Source: Chlamydiota bacterium (GTDB lineage Bacteria; Chlamydiota; Chlamydiia; Chlamydiales; RGXB01). Taken from it: a stretch of DNA of 43,530 nt. Positions 18,928-28,275 of the stretch are shown here, in pieces. The DNA is taken from positions 1 through 43,530 of the forward strand of contig CANLTW010000011.1 of assembly GCA_947494155.1 (NCBI GenBank), given 5' to 3'. The translations under genes were made by a program, and so were the position numbers. Numbering within the stretch: position 1 is the first letter of the stretch; each line of letters opens with the position of its first letter. The notes beneath the pieces were generated by a model. The model saw nothing but the letters and a program-made list of their open reading frames with translations. It was not told the origin of the DNA and searched no databases.

Positions 18928-19191
18928 ATGAAAGAGTTCATCACTTACATCGTGAAGAACATCGTTGATCATCCTGATCAGGTGAAAGTGGAAGCGATTC
19001 AAGGACATAATACAATGATTATTGAGGTCAAGGTCGCGAAAAATGACACCGGAAAAGTGATAGGTCGACAAGGAAAAACTATCCAAGCTATCCGCGCTCT
19101 CGTCGTTGCTGTAGCAAGCAGAGCCGGAATTCGAGTCACTCTCGAGGTATTGGAAGCAGATGCGTTAACAACAGCGCATTCAACCGTTTGA
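18928..19191 (+). CDS. khpA: KH-domain RNA-binding protein KhpA (paralog 2)
   Basis: DTGKVIGRQGKTIQAIRALV; SD GAGG. Confidence 0.88.
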   Translation: MKEFITYIVKNIVDHPDQVKVEAIQGHNTMIIEVKVAKNDTGKVIGRQGKTIQAIRALVVAVASRAGIRVTLEVLEADALTTAHSTV

Positions 19192-19197
19192 TGATAA

Positions 19198-19230
19198 AGA
19201 AAACCCCGGCAAACCCGGGGTTTTCTTTTT
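19198..19230. terminator. Bidirectional intrinsic terminator
   Basis: AGAAAACCCCGG-caaac-CCGGGGTTTTCT between convergent genes. Confidence 0.85.
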
Positions 19231-19233
19231 ATT

Positions 19234-21528
19234 CTACTTGAGACAGGGGGAAATGTCTTTCTTTCTCGATGTTATCGATCCAGTCTCAAATTTTAGAATG
19301 ATCCAGGGATGCAGATGCTCCTTAATCTCTACTTGATTTCCGACAACCTCTTCAAATATTGCTCGTGTATTTTTAGGCATACTCGCTTCTATTTGCTTTT
19401 TGGCCTGTAGCTGAAAAAACATCATTAAAAAGTAGGAGATTTGGGTTCTCCCCTCATCTGTATCTTGGGAGCTGATCCAGATTTCATCTTTATGATCTTG
19501 CTTAGGCTTCACCCCCTTGAAAAGATCCTCCGCCCCCTCAACAGTTGTAAGCATAAGAATTTTAAGCGGCTGCTCTGTCTTAAATTCATACCAGGTTTTC
19601 GCTACTGCCGCATAATTTTTTGTTAAAGTCGCGATGTTATTTGGGTAAACCTTGAGTTGGCTAACGAGGGCACCCCCCTGTTTTTTGGTGTCGTTGAAAA
19701 TCTTCAGGCTCTTTAAACGATTCTCCACATCCTCCTCTTTAAGGGAGTAGACAGTTTTGTAATATCGGTAAAGTTCAGGATTTTGTATCAGGGGTTTTGA
19801 GGAGGTGGGATCAATCACTTCGGTGATTTTATTTTGTTCCAGTGAGACTAAACGATTAACCAGCTCAACTACAACTTGATGATCCAGGTGCGTTTTCTTA
19901 GATAGAAGATCGGTGTCGTCCAATATCGCATATAAAAACATCCGGTAGTCGCTAAGCTCTCTTTGAGAGGCGCACCAGCCCAGTTGCATAGCTCTGGCTA
20001 TCCTCTCTTCTAAAACCCGCTCCATAATTCTCAACTCCCTTTTATCGTGGGTTAGTTGAGCCCCTGAAATAAGCATCTCATCCAGCTCTTTATCCGAGGG
20101 GTTACTTGTTACAAGCTTTTTGTTAAAATCAAACGCAATTTTAGCGCCAATCACGTTTGAAGACTGCACATCCATCGTATGGATCGTAGCGACACGGAAA
20201 GTTTTAATCTCCGATTTATGGTGGTCTAAAACGGAGACAATCTCCATATATCTGGGAATGCCTATCTCATTGGGATTACTAAAGTCTCTTAAAACTACAG
20301 ACCCCTGAGTTGGATTGCGCAGTCTAGAGGCGTAAATCACCCCTTCAACTTTTCTTTCTCTTGTAACAAAAATAGCCGAACGGTCTTGAATTCGTAAGTG
20401 GATCTCCTCTAGAGCCGTATGAGGATGGACACTCATTTTAGATTCATTGTAGACTTTTTCTTTCACAAGAAGAGCTATCCTAAAGGTGTCTAGGTGTGAG
20501 CGCAACTTCTTGAAAGGATCCGAAAGAAGATTGAACAATTTTTCCAAATCATCCGTCTCCCCTTTTTTGTGCCCCTTTATCGCCTCAAGGAAGGGGTTAA
20601 ATCCAAATTTGGATTTGCTCTCTAAAATATTTAAAAAATCCTTAACGGTAGCAAAAACCCCTTGAGATACGTCCAGTACTTTAGATAAAAATACGTCTAA
20701 ATGCTTTCGCCTAACTGCGGAAAATTCCTTATAGGGTTCCAACTCTTCGATTTTCTTTTCTAAAAGCGCTTGTGTATTGCCCCCTTTGGACACTAATGCC
20801 TGAAAAAACGCATTTTGTAACCAACGGATACAATGGTTAAGACCATCGATGACAACGCGCACCTTTTCCACATCCTCGGCGAGCCATCCACCAATAAAAT
20901 TCCCCTCTTCATCTACCACGCAACACGCATGTTTCGACTCTTCTAAAGAGACATCCAATGTTCTATCCTCATAATGATGCATCTTCAAACCCTGCGTAGT
21001 AGCAAGATCGAGTGCAGTCAAGGTCAAAGCGCTGCGGTTATCAGCTAGAATCGAGAAGAAATGGGGACCAAAATGGTTGATAAAAAGGAGCTTCACCTCA
21101 AGGATCTCTTTGGGATCATTAGGCACATTCCAGCGATGGAGATTCTCCGCTACATCCATTTCAAAGGCGTCCATCCACCCATTGAAAGAAGAGACAACTG
21201 TGTCGATATCGGGGCTCATGTGCGCTGTGACAACAATCGAACCGGGCAATTTACCGCTAGCAGCAACAGGAAAAAGGGTTTGCGCCATCTCTTTAGGACC
21301 TTTTCGCCCCATAATTTTTTGGCGCAGCACCATTTGCTCCTCTTTAGTGAGGTTGCTTTGATGCTTCAGATAATATTCATAGTCGGCAATCGAAAGCTGT
21401 ACACCCTCTGCATACTTCCCTTCGAGCTGCTTGACCACCTCATGCAATAAAAAACAGGGTGATGGGTGTTCCATAAGGAACTTGGTCAGGGATGGAAAAA
21501 CGTGCAACATAATTTTACTCGTTGACAT
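19234..21528 (-). CDS. Large DHH-superfamily phosphoesterase-like protein with CBS-like insert
   Basis: TAHMSPDIDTVVSS, LRDF, VLDHH, AILDDT; CVVDEEGNFIG CBS-like; start uncertain (21594/21528/21510). Confidence 0.6.
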   Translation of the reverse strand: MSTSKIMLHVFPSLTKFLMEHPSPCFLLHEVVKQLEGKYAEGVQLSIADYEYYLKHQSNLTKEEQMVLRQKIMGRKGPKEMAQTLFPVAASGKLPGSIVVTAHMSPDIDTVVSSFNGWMDAFEMDVAENLHRWNVPNDPKEILEVKLLFINHFGPHFFSILADNRSALTLTALDLATTQGLKMHHYEDRTLDVSLEESKHACCVVDEEGNFIGGWLAEDVEKVRVVIDGLNHCIRWLQNAFFQALVSKGGNTQALLEKKIEELEPYKEFSAVRRKHLDVFLSKVLDVSQGVFATVKDFLNILESKSKFGFNPFLEAIKGHKKGETDDLEKLFNLLSDPFKKLRSHLDTFRIALLVKEKVYNESKMSVHPHTALEEIHLRIQDRSAIFVTRERKVEGVIYASRLRNPTQGSVVLRDFSNPNEIGIPRYMEIVSVLDHHKSEIKTFRVATIHTMDVQSSNVIGAKIAFDFNKKLVTSNPSDKELDEMLISGAQLTHDKRELRIMERVLEERIARAMQLGWCASQRELSDYRMFLYAILDDTDLLSKKTHLDHQVVVELVNRLVSLEQNKITEVIDPTSSKPLIQNPELYRYYKTVYSLKEEDVENRLKSLKIFNDTKKQGGALVSQLKVYPNNIATLTKNYAAVAKTWYEFKTEQPLKILMLTTVEGAEDLFKGVKPKQDHKDEIWISSQDTDEGRTQISYFLMMFFQLQAKKQIEASMPKNTRAIFEEVVGNQVEIKEHLHPWIILKFETGSITSRKKDISPCLK

Positions 21529-21625
21529 TTTGTCTAGATATGTTATGGCCCACATTCTTGTCGATAAGAACAAGCTCAAAAGAAAGAGAGCCAAAAATTC
21601 TCTCTTGAAAAGAAGAGGTTAAAAA

Positions 21626-21699
21626 TGAACCGAGCAGGACTCGAACCTGCGACCTACTGCTTAGAAGGCAGTTGCTCTATCCAGCTGAGCTATCGGTCC
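21626..21699 (-). tRNA. tRNA-Arg(TCT)
   Basis: GGACCGA...TCGGTTCA; anticodon arm ACTGC-CTTCTAA-GCAGT. Confidence 0.96.
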
Positions 21700-21826
21700 A
21701 TACAAGCTTATAAAAAAAGGATGCCCCTTTTTTAAGAAAGCAACCAAGATCTTCAGCTTTATCGCTATATAATAGAGAATCTCTTGATTCGAATGCAAGG
21801 GTAAAGTTATGCTCTCAAATGTCTTT

Positions 21827-22684
21827 ATGTCTGATACACTCTTTTTTAACCTCGTAGAGGATTTTTTTGCCATTCTGGGCCCCTGTGTGATTGAATCTGA
21901 AGCTCACACCCTTTTTATGGCAGAAAAAATTGCCTCCATAAAAAAAGAGCTCGCAATCAACATCGTATTCAAAGCAAGTTTTGATAAGGCTAATCGCACC
22001 TCTTACCATAGCTTCCGCGGACCCGGTATCGATGAGGGGCTGCGCATCCTTGAAAGGGTCAAAAAAGATTTTGGTCTTAGTGTCACTACAGATATCCACG
22101 AACCAAACCAAGCTAAAAAGGCTGCTGAAGTCGTGGACATCCTGCAAATACCTGCATTCTTGTGTCGCCAAACAGATCTCATCGTAGCAGCGGCCGAGAC
22201 GGGGAAAATTGTCTCGATCAAAAAAGGGCAATTCATGGCTCCCCAAGATATGTCCCAAGCTGTCGAAAAGTGTCGATGCGCTAAAAATAATAAAGTTTTT
22301 TTGATTGAACGGGGGACAACTTTTGGCTACAACAATCTCGTTGTCGACATGCGCTCTTTTCCGATCATGCAGCCCTTTGCACCAACAATTTTTGATGCTA
22401 CCCACTCTCTTCAACTCCCCGGTAAAGGGGGGAGCTTTACTCAAGGGCAAAGGGAGTATCTCCCCCAACTTGCGTTTGCTGCAGTAGCTGCTGGTGCCGG
22501 CGCACTCTTTCTTGAGGTTCATAACGACCCTTTAAACGCAAAAAGCGATGCGACAACAGTCTACCCTTTAGAAAAAGCGGCACCCCTTCTAAAAAAAGCG
22601 ATCCGACTCTATCAAGAGACAAAAAGTTTTTTTTCAGAGGAATTTTCTAATCCAGGAGATTCGTGTACGGAAAAGCGATCCTAA
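21827..22684 (+). CDS. kdsA: KDO-8-phosphate synthase
   Basis: GPCVIES, KASFDKANRTS, PAFLCRQTDL, KKGQF, DATHS. Confidence 0.96.
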   Translation: MSDTLFFNLVEDFFAILGPCVIESEAHTLFMAEKIASIKKELAINIVFKASFDKANRTSYHSFRGPGIDEGLRILERVKKDFGLSVTTDIHEPNQAKKAAEVVDILQIPAFLCRQTDLIVAAAETGKIVSIKKGQFMAPQDMSQAVEKCRCAKNNKVFLIERGTTFGYNNLVVDMRSFPIMQPFAPTIFDATHSLQLPGKGGSFTQGQREYLPQLAFAAVAAGAGALFLEVHNDPLNAKSDATTVYPLEKAAPLLKKAIRLYQETKSFFSEEFSNPGDSCTEKRS

Positions 22685-23238
22685 AGACGACTGTTTGGCT
22701 ATCTTTAGGGATCACCCTTTTTTTGTGTTCCTTAACTACCGAGCGCTTTTCCACAGGTGGCCTCGATCAGAAAGTTGAGCCCAAATTCACCGCAGATTCC
22801 CTTTTAAGAGCTACAGAAAGCCTTCCGAATACCCTCTCATTTCAAGCAAAAAGGGTCGAAAATTCTTTTTTTTCTGAAATCTCTCATGAGGTAACAGGGA
22901 CTCTAGATCAGTTTGATTTTAGTTGCGACAGACTCACTTTAGATAAAAAAGAGGGGCTTTTTTTAGAGGGGAACGTCATTATAACAGATACATTAGAAAA
23001 AAAATCCCTCTATGCCCCCCAGGCAAGAATTCTCCCTAGGGAGGGAATTTTAGAGGTTTTCGATCACCCGATTCTTATGCAGCAAAAGGGTGTGCAATCG
23101 AAAATATTGGCAAAAAAGGTGCTCTATCTTAAAACCCCTGAGGGCTATAAAGCCTTCGTTGAGGGTCCTATAGAGTGTATTATTGATGATTTAGATGTGA
23201 AAAATTATGCCCCTTTTAAGCGTGAGAAACCTCTCTAA
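22663..23238 (+). CDS. LptC/LptA-like beta-jellyroll protein (putative)
   Basis: N-terminal TM/signal, beta-rich with L.GNV.I; lies between kdsA and lptB. Confidence 0.55.
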   Translation: MYGKAILKTTVWLSLGITLFLCSLTTERFSTGGLDQKVEPKFTADSLLRATESLPNTLSFQAKRVENSFFSEISHEVTGTLDQFDFSCDRLTLDKKEGLFLEGNVIITDTLEKKSLYAPQARILPREGILEVFDHPILMQQKGVQSKILAKKVLYLKTPEGYKAFVEGPIECIIDDLDVKNYAPFKREKPL

Positions 23239-23929
23239 AGAGTACAACGGCCGTCTAGTCGTGCAAAATATCACGATAGAGATTGAGCGTAATGAGATTG
23301 TGGGTCTTTTAGGGCCGAATGGAGCGGGAAAAACGACCGCTTTTTATATGATCATGGGGCTGGAAAAACCGGACACGGGGGAGATCTTCCTTGAAGATCG
23401 TCCTATTAGTCGTTTGTCGATCGACCAGAGGGCTCGATGCGGAATGGGGTACTTGGCACAAGAGCCCTCCATATTTCGCCAAATGAGTGTTGAAGAGAAT
23501 CTTCTAGTGATTTTAGAAACGATGCCTCTTACAAAACAACAAAGAAAAGAGCGTCTCGAGGTACTACTTGAAGAATTCAAGCTGACCCATTTAAAAAAGA
23601 AACCGGCTCCTACCCTTTCAGGAGGGGAAAGGAGGCGTTTAGAAATCGCTCGCACACTTATTCAAAACCCAAAGCTCCTTTTACTGGATGAACCATTTGC
23701 TGCGATAGATCCTGTGACCATTGATGAGCTGAAGGAGCTTATCCTGGATTTATCCAAAAAAGGGATCAGCTTTTTGATCACCGACCACAATGTAAGGGAA
23801 ATTTTTAAAATTGCCCACAAGAGTTATTTAGTCCAAAAAGGGGTCGTTACACACCAGGGCTCAAAAGAGGCTTTGTGCTCCAACCGCGAGGTCATAGATT
23901 CCTATCTTGGGCACCAATTTAGCCTGTGA
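23207..23929 (+). CDS. lptB: LPS export ABC ATPase LptB
   Basis: GPNGAGKTT.FY, YLAQEPSIF, LSGGERRRLEIAR, LDEPFA, ITDHNVRE. Confidence 0.95.
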   Translation: MPLLSVRNLSKEYNGRLVVQNITIEIERNEIVGLLGPNGAGKTTAFYMIMGLEKPDTGEIFLEDRPISRLSIDQRARCGMGYLAQEPSIFRQMSVEENLLVILETMPLTKQQRKERLEVLLEEFKLTHLKKKPAPTLSGGERRRLEIARTLIQNPKLLLLDEPFAAIDPVTIDELKELILDLSKKGISFLITDHNVREIFKIAHKSYLVQKGVVTHQGSKEALCSNREVIDSYLGHQFSL

Positions 23930-23953
23930 GGTCTCCCTTTAAGGGTGATTCGC

Positions 23954-23982
23954 TTGACTTCTCCACAGCTAAGGGGTAAAAT
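23954..23982 (+). promoter_or_regulatory. sigma66 promoter of ndk
   Basis: TTGACT-17 nt-TAAAAT. Confidence 0.65.
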
Positions 23983-24102
23983 AGGGACAAAAATTTTTTC
24001 TCCCAGCAGAAAACAATGAATACTCTTTTGGCCAAGATGAACCCTCATTGTCGGCCTTAAAGATAACACCAAAAAAAAACCCTTACCAGTCAGGAGTCGA
24101 GC

Positions 24103-24564
24103 ATGGAACCAGACATCGTAACAGAAATGACACTTGCGATCATCAAACCCGATGCCGTAAAAGCACAACACGCAGGTGAAATCCTTTCAATGTATGAAAA
24201 ACACCCCCAGTTTAAAATCCGTGGAATCAAATTGATGCACATGGATCGTAAAACAGCAGAAGGGTTCTATGAAATTCACAGAGAGCGCCCTTTCTTTGAG
24301 GAGCTTGTGACTTTTATGATGTCTGGACCCTGTATTATAATGGCAATCGAGGGTAAGCATGCGGTTTCAGCTCATAGAGATTTTATCGGCGCTACAAACC
24401 CACAACATGCTCAAGAGGGGACCGTCCGTAAGCGTTTCGGTACGAGCATCGGAAACAATGCCGTGCATGGTTCTGACAGCCCTGAGAACGGAGTCAAAGA
24501 GGTGAACTATTTCTTTGACATCTCAGAACTTGTCGACATCAACTGGGCTCACACCTGGGCCTAA
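24103..24564 (+). CDS. ndk: Nucleoside diphosphate kinase
   Basis: TLAIIKPDAV, HRERPFF, NAVHGSDS. Confidence 0.96.
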   Translation: MEPDIVTEMTLAIIKPDAVKAQHAGEILSMYEKHPQFKIRGIKLMHMDRKTAEGFYEIHRERPFFEELVTFMMSGPCIIMAIEGKHAVSAHRDFIGATNPQHAQEGTVRKRFGTSIGNNAVHGSDSPENGVKEVNYFFDISELVDINWAHTWA

Positions 24565-24568
24565 TAAT

Positions 24569-24605
24569 AAAAAACCTCAAGGGCGACCCCCTTGAGGTTT
24601 TTTTT
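24569..24605. terminator. Bidirectional intrinsic terminator
   Basis: AAAAAACCTCAAGGG...CCCTTGAGGTTTTTT between ndk and mreB. Confidence 0.85.
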
Positions 24606-24624
24606 CAAGCCTCTTTAGATGGGG

Positions 24625-25704
24625 CTAATTACGTTTTTTAAAAGTATCCAAATGCTCCAAAGCCTTCCCCGTTCCTAGACAAACGGCTAAAAGAGGATTA
24701 GGCGCTACGATCACCGGCAATCCACACTCTTTGATGATATGCTTATCTAGCCCTTTGATTAGAGCTCCTCCCCCTGCCAAGACGATTCCACGCTCAACAA
24801 GATCTGCCGACAACTCTGGAGGGCATTTTTCCAAAATCATCCGAATACTTTCAATGATCTGCTGGATCGGCTCTGCAAGGCACTCGCGGATTTCTACAGA
24901 GTTGATCCTTTTGGTAATAGGTAGACCAGCCACCTGGTCACGCCCCCTCACCTCCATCTCAAGCTCATTCTCTCCTAAAGGATACGCCGAGCCAATAGTG
25001 ATTTTAATATCTTCCGCGGTCCTTGGGCCAATCATGAGATTGTACGTGCGGCGCATGTAGTTAATAATGCACTCATCAAACTCATCTCCACCAATCCTCA
25101 ACGATTTGGACTCCACAATCCCCCCTAAAGAGATAATTGCGATCTCGGTTGTACCGCCACCAATGTCCACAATCATGCTGGCATAGGGTTCATGAACAGG
25201 AAGATCCACACCGATTGCAGCTGCCATCGGCTCTTCGATCAACATCACCTCTTGAGCGCCTGCCCGAATGGCCGAATCCTCAACAGCCCGTTTTTCCACA
25301 CCGGTAATACCTGAGGGTACGGCAATCAAAATTCGGGGGCGGAAAAAAGTCCTGGAGGGGTTAACGCGTCGTATTAACTCCTTAAGCATCCCTTCGGCGA
25401 TCTCAAAATCGGCAATCACCCCATCTTTCATAGGGCGCACAGCATGAATTTTTCGAGGGGTTTTTCCAAGCATTGCTTTCGCTTTTTGCCCAACAGCTAG
25501 GACTTCATTCGTCATAGAGTCTACCGCAACAACGGAGGGTTCCTGCAAGACAATCCCCTTCCCACGCACGTATACGAGAGTGTTTGCCGTACCCAAGTCG
25601 ATACCGATATCACTCGTGAAAAGACCGGCAAAACGTTGCCAACGGGATTGAAAGGCATCTGCAATTTGGGAGAGCAACTCCGACTTTTTGAGCGTAGGGT
25701 TCAT
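24625..25704 (-). CDS. mreB: Rod shape-determining protein MreB
   Basis: [27 protein letters not shown]; amphipathic N-terminal extension. Confidence 0.97.
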   Translation of the reverse strand: MNPTLKKSELLSQIADAFQSRWQRFAGLFTSDIGIDLGTANTLVYVRGKGIVLQEPSVVAVDSMTNEVLAVGQKAKAMLGKTPRKIHAVRPMKDGVIADFEIAEGMLKELIRRVNPSRTFFRPRILIAVPSGITGVEKRAVEDSAIRAGAQEVMLIEEPMAAAIGVDLPVHEPYASMIVDIGGGTTEIAIISLGGIVESKSLRIGGDEFDECIINYMRRTYNLMIGPRTAEDIKITIGSAYPLGENELEMEVRGRDQVAGLPITKRINSVEIRECLAEPIQQIIESIRMILEKCPPELSADLVERGIVLAGGGALIKGLDKHIIKECGLPVIVAPNPLLAVCLGTGKALEHLDTFKKRN

Positions 25705-25900
25705 GTTGATCCTAAAAGGTGTTTCTTTCTAAAAACACAAACGTAGCAAAATTGGAAAAATTTGTCTTCAAATTTAAGTTTCTATGTGAAAACCCCTTTT
25801 TAACTAAAAAAAATTTTTTCGATCTATCCGTTAGGAACCAAAAAAAATACCCACTTATTAAGGGTGAAATTTTTTCCCATTTTTACTTAAAATTTAAAAG

Positions 25901-25933
25901 AAAAGGTCGGTAGAAACTCTTTGAACCGACCTT
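25901..25933 (-). terminator. Intrinsic terminator of the Inc-like gene
   Basis: AAGGTCGGT/ACCGACCTT stem followed by a T-tract on the minus strand. Confidence 0.6.
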
Positions 25934-25965
25934 AGTGAAGCGCACTCTAAACAAAATACGAGCAC

Positions 25966-27273
25966 TTAGCTGGGGATATGATTTGCTTGCAAAAAGCTAT
26001 CTATGGTTTGTTGTAGAGATTTTGAAAAAGTATCCTTAGTAGCGATAATTGCAGTTTGGGTTTCCTGTTCCACCCTACTAATATGGGGCTCTACACGCAA
26101 TTGAGCTAATCGCAATCTATCTTCTAGATCTCTAACCTCTTCTTCGAGCTCTTGAATCCTACTATTAAGGGAAAAGTAGTTCCAAGTATTGAGAGCCGCA
26201 CTTCCTACATGGTAAGCTGTTGAGTACTTAGACTGGGGTTCAAGATGGGATATTTTGCGATCTAAAGAAGCTTTTTCTTGACAGAGCTCTTTATGCGTGA
26301 TTCTTCTTCCATAAAGAATGGAATTTACTTGCCTCTCTAGAGATTCTATCTCCCTCTCGCGGCGCTCAAGGTCATTATAGGCTATAGTGGTCTGCTCCAA
26401 ATCGTTGATCGATTTATAAAGAACCTCAAGCCTTTCTCTTTCAGAAGGGCTCAAAGCTCTTTCCCGTTGCAGGTTTTCTAATTCAGATCGAACATGAGTT
26501 TGCTCTCTCATTTTTCTGTCGTTATCCAAATGACCTACTGCACCCGAGACTCCCCCCAAAGCATTAAAACCAGAGGATTTTTTTTCTTGACGGGCTCGTG
26601 TTAAAGCACTCTTTTTTTCCCTCAGCTCCCCTTCTAGAAATTGCACCCCATATTCCCTTTTAAGTCGCTCTTTGACGGCGTCTTGCTGGTTTTTAAAGGC
26701 ATTTTTTTCGGCTTTAAACTCTGTGATCATTCTGCAGATCCTTTGGGCTGGTAACCTAAAGGGGGAGTTTTCTTGCATGAATTGGACGTATTCACCCTCT
26801 TTTCGGTAAAAATCCCTAGCTCTAGGTACAGACCTCAAAGCACCGTGTGAAATTTTTTGATTCAAGTAATTGGAAATTTCTTTTTGACAGGCCGGCTCTT
26901 TTGCGACAAAAACCTCCACCGCAGGATACTGATTCAAAACTTTGTTCAATCCCTCTCCCCGGATCAGTTTATGAGAGATCTCCTGTTCCAGTTTACGAAT
27001 GCTTTGGGGGTGATCCTTTCCCCTATCTAAGAATCTTGAAGCCAAAGCGGTCAAGCCTAGGGCGATAGAGCTATTTCTACAAAATCTTACTGTAAATCCC
27101 AAGACTGCCGGGGTAGCTTTTAAAAGAGTGATCGATCCAAGATATCCAAGAAAAAACACACTTGTTGCAATCAAAGTTATTTTTTTAAAAAGTTCACGTA
27201 CACGATCCTTTTCATAAAAAATGGGCGGATTGTGCTCGTAGAGACGGCTCAAATCAAAATGGGTCGTTTGCAT
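25966..27273 (-). CDS. Inc-like protein (bilobed hydrophobic domain + long coiled coil)
   Basis: Hydrophobic segments at ~aa 33-80, then E/R/K/L heptads; SD AAGGA. Confidence 0.55.
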   Translation of the reverse strand: MQTTHFDLSRLYEHNPPIFYEKDRVRELFKKITLIATSVFFLGYLGSITLLKATPAVLGFTVRFCRNSSIALGLTALASRFLDRGKDHPQSIRKLEQEISHKLIRGEGLNKVLNQYPAVEVFVAKEPACQKEISNYLNQKISHGALRSVPRARDFYRKEGEYVQFMQENSPFRLPAQRICRMITEFKAEKNAFKNQQDAVKERLKREYGVQFLEGELREKKSALTRARQEKKSSGFNALGGVSGAVGHLDNDRKMREQTHVRSELENLQRERALSPSERERLEVLYKSINDLEQTTIAYNDLERREREIESLERQVNSILYGRRITHKELCQEKASLDRKISHLEPQSKYSTAYHVGSAALNTWNYFSLNSRIQELEEEVRDLEDRLRLAQLRVEPHISRVEQETQTAIIATKDTFSKSLQQTIDSFLQANHIPS

Positions 27274-27496
27274 TTTTATTCCTTATTAAAATTTTTGGCA
27301 TTTTTCGTATGGAATTTTACCCTATTTGGCCCCTTTTTCAAAGCAATAACTACATAGTTTTTTTGCTGACTTCGCCTTAAAACCTCCTAACCCTATGAAA
27401 AACAGTGGCTTTTCTTGGCAAAAAACCCCGAAAAATAAATCGAGAAGTATTGCCAAGAAAAATTTTTAAAGCGCTCAAAAGTCAGGTTTTTTTAGT

Positions 27497-28100
27497 TTAG
27501 TAGTGCTCTCTCAGGATGATGTTTTTTCTAAGAATCGTTTCTTTTAATGATTTTTCGCATTCTCTACCTGGAACATCAAATCTTCCGTGCCACTCAACAT
27601 CCATTTCGTCTATATAATCTAAAGCCCCCGACTCGATCAAGGCTTGGATCAATAGGAATTCCATCCCCTCGATAGCCATTTTGACGTATATATAGTCATT
27701 TTTTGAAAAGTTTTCGATTATCCATTTGGACAAGTCTATTACTGGGACATGGAAAACATGTTTAGGTGAACCGTAATCCACCCCTAAAACGTTCCCTCCT
27801 CCATTCATGTAGTTAGAAGAATGCCATTTCAAAGGAAACAGGTAAATCTTTAGAATTTCGATTCAATGCATTAGTAACAAGTTGGGTCTGATGGGCTAGC
27901 AAAAGCGATGCCTCAAATGAGAAAATTTCCCAGGGTACGTTCTGATGAGCTCTTTGATGAACATTCATTACTTCAAACATGTTCAAGGTATCCCCCATGA
28001 ACGCACCTAAGTCCAAATAAATATTTCTGACTTTTTGTTGCTCAGAATAAGCAAAGCTTGAAAAATAACAGAGCACAAGACCTAAAAATTTAATAAACAC
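27497..28100 (-). pseudogene. FkbM-like methyltransferase split in two frames
   Basis: 5' part: signal peptide, IYLDLGA, FSFEAS; 3' part in another frame: IDLSKWI, VKMAIEG.E, VEWH; frames overlap at 27813-27832. Confidence 0.7.
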
Positions 28101-28275
28101 AATTTTTCTTTTTTTTCGAGAGATCGAAACATTTATATTCCCCGCAAGTACAAATTTTAATTTTTAATAGTATTTTTATTCATAATCTTTCTTTTATCAA
28201 AGTGCGTGGCCAACTTCCTTTAACTTTAATGCTTATTTGGGATTAGATTCCGTAATATATGCTCGGCTTTTCCTA

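Noticed and set aside
21815..22522. 235-aa antisense ORF
   Set aside because: Shadow of kdsA with no recognisable motifs; the same applies to the other short ORFs nested in housekeeping genes
27415..27456. sigma54 promoter (TTGGCA)
   Set aside because: The -12 position reads CG, not GC, on both strands
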